Shown: piece after piece, positions 54,137-64,000 of the stretch
How the letters are laid out: each line of letters opens with the position of its first letter
How positions within the stretch are numbered: position 1 is the stretch's first letter
From: Octopus sinensis
Lineage: Eukaryota
DNA length: 64,000 nucleotides
Assembly (NCBI RefSeq): GCF_006345805.1
Contig: NC_042997.1
Location: forward strand, 13,702,001-13,766,000
Direction: 5' to 3'
Position numbers and translations under genes: made by a program
Notes under the pieces: generated by a model
The model's input: the letters and a program-made list of their open reading frames with translations, nothing else
Told to the model about the DNA's origin: nothing
The model's database searches: none

Positions 54137-55654
54137 ATAATGAACAAATAATGAGCAAGGTAACCGATGTTTCAATTATTCTGGTTTCTTAAGACATTTG
54201 GATGTAAGAATCGTTAGACCATCGAAAAAATATTTTACGTCATTTCTTCCAGCTCTAGTTTCAAATCCCACAAACGCCAAATGTGTCTTATATCCCCCTG
54301 GGTTCGGTGTAAGAAACCTAATTTTGCCTCTATTTGAAAGAATATTTAAAATAGCCTTTTCTATAATTTCACTGTAATTTACTGACAAATCCCAGCTTCT
54401 ATAGGGTCAAATGAATGAGAGACAAAAGCTCTCTCACTAGACAGTACATCATTTTATACACGTGTCTGTTTCAATTATAATAGACATCATAGGGAGAGAG
54501 GAAGAAACTAGGATTTTTTTTTAAAAGCGCAATATAACGGTTCCGTTGTGCAGAATTCTACAAATCATTACAACTTTTAGTTTACGGATAAAATGAAGGA
54601 TTCGATGTAAGTTCATGCACAGAATATTATTTACATCAGTGTTGCATTATATTCACAATATATGAACATAGTATTAATTAAAACAAAAGCACATCTTGCG
54701 TGACATGCCTCTATCCATTTATGGAAAGTATTGTCATTTTTTCTCTTACCTTTTTCTTTCCTAACTTATTCTAAAAAACATATTCTTTGTATGAGAATTT
54801 CTTGCTTCTAGAATTTGAAATATTTCACCTAGGCATTTTCTAGCATTTTCTACCATACATTTTTAATGCATTCTTCATATTTTCTCTTTATTGATAAAAA
54901 TTAGTTATCCTCTCAAAATATATTATCTTGAATGAAATAATTACTGTAATGAAGTAAAGAGGTCGAAAGTAAAAATAGAAATGGTATTATTGCTTCATGC
55001 AAATACGCATAGACACATACACGCACACGTGTGAACGCACATACATTCACATACATTCACACATACACTGACACACATATACATACTTGTATATACAAAC
55101 ATATGCATACATACGTACACACACACGTACACATATACTCAGATATAGTCGTGAAGCACTGGCAACAGTTATTGTAAGGGAGGTAATCAGTTCTAGATAA
55201 ATCTTAAATAATGGTGGGCAAGAATTTAAAATCTAAATCTTATAGTAACGAAAAAGATGTATAGAATATACATGTTTAATTATATTTTTGTACTCATTAA
55301 GAAGATCTTAAATATCTCTTATTCTCTAGTAGCCAATTATAGTGCCATTTTATCTTAGCTTCGAATCAACGGCATGATATAACCTTAGGCAAATATATTA
55401 CATTAACTTAAACATTTCACGAAGCGATATTACTTAGAAGCCATTCAAGGAATGCATTTGTGTACTATATATATATATAGTGTTTTAACTCCTATTTCCA
55501 GCGTCGTGGTATCTCTTAGATACCCTAAATTATAATTTTAATAATAATTATTACCTTTGAAGGTTTTTATTCCCATGCTGGCCACTTGATAAGATCGATA
55601 TTTAAATTAACAGTCTTATCCTTATTTATAAATATATATATATATATATATATA

Positions 55655-56532
55655 GTCAATAAGTATCTGGACTATTGCCATAGTAACGAAGCTAAAGCAT
55701 GCAGAGTGAAGCCGCTCGGCACAGATTGACTATGAACTATTCTGTGCAAGCGCACTAAAGTTTCGCGTTCTAGGTTACTTCTGCTGCTTACAACGGTGTT
55801 TGGAATAAAGGTGTATAGCGTGTGATTGTAGCATTGGCCATAACAGAAAATTGAGCAGAGAATCTGCATCAAATTTCGCCAAAGGTTTGGCGGTACTTGC
55901 TCAGAGGCCTGTGCAATTTTTCAAAAAAGTCTTCATCATTCTGGACACAATCAAGGAGATCCTGCGCAACTGCAACCCGAGTGTCATTTTGATCAGCTAA
56001 AAGCAGTTTTGGCACAAACTTTGCAGACGCGTCTCATACACAAATCGTCAGTGATAATGGATTCAACTGAACCGTAAATAATCTGAACATCCTCTGATAA
56101 CTCACGGATGGTAATTCGAAGATTTTCCCCTCACAGCGGCACGCACATCTGCAATATTTTCCTCAGTTCAACTGGTTGCGGGTCTCTCAGAACGTTTGTC
56201 ACTATCGACACATTTTTGGGCATCTTGGAAACATCTGCACCATTCGTACATTTGTGTGACGCTCATACACTCTTCTCCAAACAGTTTCTGAAACTTTGCG
56301 TAGGTTTCTGAGCAGGTATCGCACTGATAACTGTCTGGACCACAGTCAATGTGACTATCACACGCTACACACTTCTCTCCAAGCACTGCTGTAAACAGCG
56401 GGAGTGAGCTAGAACGTTACAACTTAGTGCGCATGCACAGCAGAATCAACGGTCTATCTGTGGCAAGTGAGTTTAATCTGCGTGCTATAGCTTCGTTACT
56501 ATGACGACAGTCTGGATATTTATTGATCACAT
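55655..56532. mobile_element. Fold-back mariner derivative: two inverted 5' halves of a transposase gene
   Basis: About 270-bp inverted ends. The plus arm encodes EQRICIKFRQRFGGTCSEAC. The minus arm encodes ETYAKFQKLFGEECMS.TQ.YEW.R.FQD....V.SD.RS.RP.TS and AKFVPKLL..DQ...RV.VAQDLLDCVQNDEDF. Confidence 0.9.
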
Positions 56533-56543
56533 CTTGTGTGTGA

Positions 56544-56605
<62 letters not shown>

Positions 56606-56661
56606 AGGCAAGTAAGAAAACAAAAGTGACATACAACTCACACAGAAATATACATACATGC

Positions 56662-56730
<69 letters not shown>

Positions 56731-56857
56731 TATATAGAGGGTACTATTATTCATAGGTACCGCACGCTCGGAGGGACTCTTGCAGTCAAAACTACTAAAA
56801 TAAACAAATTGTACCGAATGCAAAACTTCAAAGCAAGTCATTTAAAAACAGAATTTA

Positions 56858-56921
56858 GTTACATATCACCTGTGATTTCGCAATTAATGCAGAATATGCA
56901 TTCTATGCTCTTCAGTGCAAC
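56858..56921 (-). ncRNA. Full three-helix type I hammerhead ribozyme
   Basis: Reverse complement is GTTGCA CTGAAGA GCA..AGAAT gcat ATTCT..TGC GAAA TCA cagg TGA TA TGTAAC. 6-bp stem I (one G-U), G-C-closed stem II, 3-bp stem III with tetraloop, AUA site. Confidence 0.8.
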
Positions 56922-57316
56922 GAACTCATGACATGTAAGGAAAAAACACAATATAGCATACCCGACAGCCAACCGTAGAATTCGTCGTAGCATGTACGAA
57001 TGTTTATCTCTACATATCTATGAAAATGGCGGGCTTATTCGCAATGCATTTCTGTAACGAAGACGGGATGTGTCGCTGATGTGGTCACAGATGCGTGACG
57101 AAAGATTTCCGGGCAATGGACATGAGTTCGAATTAGAACAGTAATAAACGAGTGAAGAACGAACGTATAGAGTGTATGTTTATTTGGCAAAATATTTGCC
57201 ATCCGAAATACAATACATACAAATATGTGTGTTTGTGTGTGTGTGTGTGTGTGCGTGTGTGTGCGCGCGCGCGTGTGTGTGTGCGCGCGCGCGTGTGTGT
57301 GTGCGCGCGTGTGTGT

Positions 57317-57348
<32 letters not shown>

Positions 57349-58029
57349 ATGTGTGTGTGTGTGTGTGTTTAAAGAGATAGATAGAGAGTGATGTATATAC
57401 AATAAATGCATGCACACATAATAAATAAGTTACAATTATTGTTACATCAGCCGAAATCGTTCAGAAATTTCTCTGTGGATTCTTTCAAATTTGTCTTATA
57501 GACACGTTCACAGTGAATAAAGTTTTCTATTCAAACACGATACTGAGTTGTAGTTCTTTCGCTTCATCATGTCATAAATGACAGAAGCATCGCAGTTCAC
57601 TTAGAATCAACTAGATCCAATAGTACAAGTCTTAAAATTGAATCGTGTGTTCCACTCGCCGAATACATTTAGTCAGGATTTGTTATTTTCAGTTTGCTTC
57701 ACAATGATGAGTTGCTAGTTTCCACTACTAAGTGGAAGCTTGTGTAAAAGTCTACCGCAACAAATTTGAATCATTTAAAGTCTTATGAGAGAAATCTAGT
57801 AGTGAAACTTCGATAGATTCCGTTCATGTTCTTGGGTGGTTGACTTAATTCTACATCCTGTTTCATGCCACCACTTGGTCCTTTTGTGCACCTAGCTATT
57901 TCACCTATTCCTTTTTGACTTATATTCAATTCACTGAATGAAAAAGTTGACAACTCATAATTAAGTAAATGTAATCCCTAATTATTAGGAAATTGAGAAA
58001 TAGATAAACTAGTTTGAGAAGTGCATTAA

Positions 58030-58257
58030 TACTCTTTACACTTTTACTCTTTTATTTGTTTCAGTCATGTGACTGTGGCCATGCTGGAGCACCGCCTTTA
58101 GTCGAGAAAATCGACCCCCAGGTCTTATTCTTTGTAAGCCTAGTACTTATTCTATCGGTCGCTTTTTGCCGAACCGCTAAGTTACGGGGACGTAAACACA
58201 CCAGCATCTGTTGTCAAGCGATGTTGGGGGGACAAACACAGACACACAAACATATAA

Positions 58258-58325
<68 letters not shown>

Positions 58326-58495
58326 GACGGGCTTCTTTCAGTTTCCGTCTACTAAATCCACTCACACAAGGCTTTGTTCAGCCCGTGGCTATAGTAGAGG
58401 ACACTTGCTCAAGGTGCTACGCAGTGGGAATGAACCCGAAAAATGTGGTTCGTAAGCAAGCTACTTACCACACACCCACTCCTACGCCTAGTAGT
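58030..58495 (-). mobile_element. SINE family B, full-length
   Basis: Complete head, (TA)/(TG) linker, body and tail. Confidence 0.88.
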
Positions 58496-59627
58496 TATAT
58501 TACATCCAATTATTTTTTCAGACGCATGCAAATGTATAAGGTTAACAAATGCACTGTAACAATACTCTTACAAAATTTATAGGTCTAAATATTGCTCAGG
58601 TCTGAATGTAACAATATATATCTAGATGCTTTACAAAAGTGGTTGTGTAATATTTCAATTGTACCAACACCAAATTAGGCAATGGATATAGCAGAATAAA
58701 TTAACTGTCGTATCAATGCATGGTAGTATTGTGACTTCTCACCAAATTCTGTTTTGAAATTCCACTGAGGTCAACTTTGCATTTCGTCTTTCCGGAGTCC
58801 ATAAAACAAAGTACCAGACAAGCAATGACATTAATTATATCTCCTAAAACCTCACCTCAAAATTTGTTGGTTATGTGCTTCAATTTGAAACCATAAGCTG
58901 GCAGAATAAGTAAAGCGTCAGAATAAAATGTTTTACAGTATTTGTTCTTGTCTTTTATGGTCTGAATACAAATCTGGACAAGACCAACTTCTTTTTCAAC
59001 ATTTCTGCCTCGAAAAAATTGTACCAGCCGATTACTAGGATCGAATTTGGTACAAGGCCAGCAATTTCAGGAAAGGAAGTGAGTCGATTACATCGATCCC
59101 TATAATTGACTGGTACTTGTTTCATCGATCCTGAAAGAATGAAAGGTACAACTGACCTTGGTGGTACTTGAACTCAAAACGTAATGAACAGGGAAAACAT
59201 TATTATGCTTTCAATACCGGGTGAATATAAAGACAGCCGGAAGAAACAGAAAACATGGCAATTGCTCAGCTAGTTTCTAGTACTTTCTATATACAATTTC
59301 TACATACAATTTCTTTATACAATTTCAATACTTGAAAACAGATGATTTCAGGGACAAGGATTTAGATTTCTATTGACAGCAAAATAGAAAATGGGGCTCA
59401 AAACTTTCAATTAAATGAGAAGACTACAAACATTAACGACAGCTCAACAAGATCTCGATTTTTCTGAACGTTTAGGGTGATTAGAAGATTTTGTTTTATA
59501 TGAGCGAGGATCAGGAAAAAAGTGAAAATATGGAAGAGTTATAACGAGAAAGTCATTATCCTTTTGCTCGCGGCGGAATATATACAAAATTTGACGAGGA
59601 GCAAACAACATACATTTGCCTTATAAA

Positions 59628-59788
59628 TGCGGCTGTGGTAAGTAGCCTGCTTACCAACCACATGGTTCCGGGTTCAGTCCCACTGCGTGGCACCTTAGGA
59701 AAATGTCTTCTACTGTAGCCTCGAGCCGACCAAAGCTTTGTGAGTGGATTTGGTACACGGAACTGAAAGTAGCCCGTATATATATATA

Positions 59789-59826
<38 letters not shown>

Positions 59827-60023
59827 TATATTCCCCCAACATCGCTTGACAACCGGTTCTGGTGCGTTTACCTCCCCATCACTTAGCGGTTCGGTAAGAG
59901 AGACCGATAGAATAAGTACCAGGCTTACAAAGAATAAGTCCTCGGTCGATTTGCTCGACTAAAGGTGGTGCTCCAGCATGGCCGCAGTCAAATGACTGAA
60001 ACAAATAAAAGAATAAAAGAATA
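59628..60023 (+). mobile_element. SINE family B, full-length
   Basis: GGGTTCAGTCCC B box; tail ggtgctccagcatggccgcagtcaaatgactgaaac plus (AATAAAAG)n. Confidence 0.9.
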
Positions 60024-60301
60024 TCCTCGGAAAAAGAATTGAATAAAATTTTGGTCGATTTGAGTTACAATATGTTTCAGTCGACAGCAGCAGAGCATAT
60101 CGAAACAATGATTGTTATTCAGAGCTAAGAAGGAGACAAAAAGTGGACGCTTGTTCACGTAGTGCATGGACAAAAGAAACGTTATATCTCTTATATTTTA
60201 CTTCTTACAGCTGGGGAATCACATAGAAGAATGAAGTTTTTTGTAGTCGAATGAATCAAGGTGTGGTGGGGGCCAAATACAGATACAAAGACGGGCACAT
60301 A

Positions 60302-60344
<43 letters not shown>

Positions 60345-60348
<4 letters not shown>

Positions 60349-60490
60349 TTTCCGCTTACCAAATCCACTCACAAGGCTTTGGTTGACCCGAGAGTATAAG
60401 TAAAAGATACTTGTTGCCATGCAGTGGGACTGAACCCGGATTCGTGTCACTGGGAAGCAAGCTTCTTGCCACACAGTTATTCCTGAGATT
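60345..60490 (-). mobile_element. SINE family B, 5' half
   Basis: Matches the family B head. Confidence 0.75.
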
Positions 60491-61292
60491 ATATGCGAAA
60501 GTTAGAGAAATAGGTCTCTATTTATACCGTTTGTTCGTAAATGTAATCGTGCCAAAGAACGTACGATCTCGTCTTTGTTCAGGAGCAAAACCGATGCTGT
60601 GAGGGTTTGCGTACACAACTAGCTCCCCCCCCCCCGGTCATGTATCTGGACGACCATAAACCTTTCTCGGAAGTATGCATTATTAATTCTGGAGAAAATA
60701 GGACAAACTGCTCAGCGGTTGTTAAAAGAAAAGGGCTTCAGGTGCTCCTCAACATTAAAGGTAAAATGGGGAAAAAAGATGGTAGCAACAGCTGTGGTGA
60801 TGACAATACCAGAGCCCTGAAGTTCAAGGCTGCTTTCGATTTTTCCGCAAGCACACATTTCATAGCATAATGAGTGCTAACTTCGAAGAGAGGTCGACAG
60901 AACTTCTTTATCCTTATACACCTTCTTTATCCTCAGACATCAGAGACTATGGATGTAGGGCACCGACAAGCCGAGAGGGTTTAGTACGTTAGCTACTCTA
61001 CTTCGTCTCTCTTAACTGCTGGTTTACGTAGAGAACATATGCACGTTTCTCTTATATGAAAATACAAACGTAGTACAATATATTTATATTTGTTGATGGG
61101 TTCCCAGTGTAGGCGTACCGTAGCAAAATAATATAGGCAATTTGTATCTTGGATATCCATCCACACTTAAGATAACTTAAAACATTTCCTAATATACATT
61201 TTAGCTCCAGCACATCTTCAATAATTTTAATGACACAGTTTTTTTAAAAAATAACCACAGAATTTCTTCGAGTACTGCTTGTCAAAGATTGT

Positions 61293-61338
<46 letters not shown>

Positions 61339-61345
61339 TATAATA

Positions 61346-61429
<84 letters not shown>

Positions 61430-62222
61430 ATATATATAAATATTTATATATAAATATTTATTTATTTATTTATGTTGCGTGATAGTTTAAAGAAGATAGT
61501 TTATCTTTAAAGAATACATAAAAGATTTTGTTTAGACGCCCAACGAACATTGCTTTTGTAAATTTAAAGTACAGCAAAATACAATTCAAAATGGCATGTA
61601 AGTAAAATAAATTGTATTTTCCCTGTGGCCATTAGAGAATACTACTTAACATATTAGCAAGCTACACGGATCGATTATGTTATTTCAGTTTCTGACTCAT
61701 CTTTAAAATTTGAGAAGCGATATCACATAGTTTCTTTTGTAAATGTGTAAATTTCAAACTGTATATTATATTATACAACACGTGATATTTTATTTGAAAT
61801 ATGGGTATCAGTAATAACTGTAAGAACCACCACATGATAGAATAAACACGTGAAAATCGTTGATGGACGAAAAAACCTGTTAAATGCAGAGATTACAGAC
61901 ACTTTCAATCACCAACTGTTTCTCTACTAAATATCTATTTAAGTATCCTTTCTCTTTTCTCTCTATATCTTCTTTTTTTTTTGCTATCTCTTTATCTTTC
62001 TGTATCTACTTATCTACTGTCTTTACATGAATATATGTATGCATACACACATACATACACGTGTGTGTGTATGTGAGTGAGTATGTGTGTGTGTTCGCGC
62101 GCCCTTATATATTATGCATGTGCGAATATAAATATAGGTAGATATACATATATGAATATTACTACATAGATTTGTGTGTGTGTATGTGTGTGTGCGTGTG
62201 TGCGTGTGTGTGTGTGTGCGTG

Positions 62223-62255
<33 letters not shown>

Positions 62256-62489
62256 ATATATATATAGAGAGAGAACTGGAGTTTATAGCATGGTTCTTTT
62301 TAGCTGACAACTTAAAACAAATTACATTTTACTATTTGTCACACAAAGGACTCAAAATCTAGAGAAATGGAAACACAATACCTAAGCAATTTGGTATTTG
62401 AGTTCCACCCCCGAAAAAATAATAAATTTCATTTCATTCTCTTTTGTCTCCTCTTTCTTTACCTTTCCTTTTTCTCATATGAAAATATA

Positions 62490-62549
<60 letters not shown>

Positions 62550-62578
62550 TATATATTATATATATATATATAATATAT

Positions 62579-62613
<35 letters not shown>

Positions 62614-62747
62614 TTAATAAATTTTAGGGTAGTAAAATATTATCTAGAAACTAATCCTTCTAGCGGTTTCGATGTCCGATTATGGCCATCTCTTATGTGT
62701 TTGAATGTACACTGCATATATATGTATATATATATATATATATGTAA

Positions 62748-62925
62748 TTTTAATCCAAACGGGAAAACAAAAAAACAACAACACGTGGAACAATTACAGT
62801 ATTATTATTAATAGGCGCTCAGGAAAGATGGAATATATATATATATTATTATATGTAGAAAAAAACACAAACTGGGACAAGAACGCAAAACACTTACAAG
62901 ACGATACAAAAAACACGGACAAAAA
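62748..62925 (-). mobile_element. PLE pseudo-LTR tail fragments embedded in (TA)n
   Basis: taatccaaac..cgtggaaca..agtattatt..gcgctcaggaaaga matches 36957-37045. Confidence 0.65.
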
Positions 62926-63039
62926 ACATATATATATATGTATACATATATATATGTGTGTATATATATATGTATATATATGAGAATATATATGTATATA
63001 TAGATATGTGTGTGTGTGTGTATAGACATATGTGTGTGC

Positions 63040-63075
<36 letters not shown>

Positions 63076-64000
63076 GTTACTTCAGCCCACTCAGCCGCTA
63101 AAACAGTAACCCAGCGACAAACCGGCTTCCCGTCCTGCGAGTAAATATGTAGATGCCACAGAAACTGGGAGAAGGGCTCGAGAAAGATGCCTTATCTTTT
63201 ATTTATTTATTTATTTTTATAATTCGCAGATTTCGAAATATTGATTGCTGCTAATGGCTTTGCGTTAATTATTTTTCTTTAGGTTGTCAAAGTAACGATA
63301 GGAAAAGAGGAAAATTTTCAAATGTACGGTTCAAAAATAGGAATTCTATTATATTGTTTTAAAAAATAGTTCAAAATGCGGTGGAATCCACAAGCAAAAC
63401 AATCAAGAATTTGACCACAAGTGTGCCAACAAAAGTAGCAAAGAAGGTTATCAAATAAGATTAAGAATGGTTGTAAAAGTTTTATAATTATGTCGAAAGC
63501 CCTCTTAGATGATACAGGTTACGTATGACATTCAGCGATTGCGATTTGGGGGCTATCAATGAAGCTCATTTATACAAAATAACCAAAAAAAAAAAAAGTT
63601 TGCAGAATGGATTAGATATTCATTATTCAAAATTTATTCAGAATTGGTCTAATTGTGGCACGTTTAAACTTCTTGATAGTTGGATATCATGCAAGCTGAA
63701 CTACAATTTTATAAACTGTAGTTACAAAGTCTGTTGTGTGTTTAATTTTTTGTAAAGAAAACGACTCATTTCTTGATAATATTACGGTATATGAGGAAAA
63801 ATAGCTTCTATAAGGCAACCTGACTTCATACATGTCTTCAACAATCAAGCAATGATTGAAATGCCTTCGATGAAATCGTTGTTTCTTAGACTTCAGAATT
63901 CTATGCTCACAGAGTAAATAGACAGGTTTCTTATTGCCAAAAATGTAGAGATTCTAATGCTAGTTATTTCGTTAAATAAACATTGTTCTGGGCTGCAGTA

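Noticed and set aside
60607-60870. 87-aa ORF
   Set aside because: No recognisable motif or clear splice sites; cannot be supported.
63220-63560. Acceptor-like sites and short open frames near the window end
   Set aside because: Frames close quickly, there is no consistent exon chain and no recognisable protein.

Overview
AT-rich, microsatellite-saturated eukaryotic DNA, almost certainly intronic or intergenic. The SINE sequences and repeat landscape point to an octopod cephalopod (Octopus sp.), which is an inference from sequence familiarity. No host protein-coding gene can be supported; nearly all supplied ORFs are translations of (TA)n/(CA)n/(TG)n repeats. The window is a nested stack of mobile elements. 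It holds at least four decayed Penelope-like retroelements (PLEs) with RT and/or GIY-YIG remnants, and a young 5'-truncated CR1/L2-group LINE with a 7-bp TSD. It also holds an R4/Dong-like LINE remnant, a hAT element with an 8-bp TSD, two copies of a fold-back mariner derivative, several MITE-like elements and more than 20 tRNA-type SINE copies. The most striking signal is RNA structure: about ten type I hammerhead ribozyme (HHR) motifs of several sequence families, five with all helices formable. One family sits in an ORF-less, GU-skewed, internally repeated element with inverted pseudo-LTRs (retrozyme-like). That element also contains a 52-bp hairpin whose seven mismatches are all G-U wobbles on the element's sense strand. 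The LINE 3' end shares sequence and a stem-loop with the tail of one SINE family, identifying a likely SINE/LINE partnership. All alignments and motif calls were made by eye; element boundaries are approximate unless a TSD is given.
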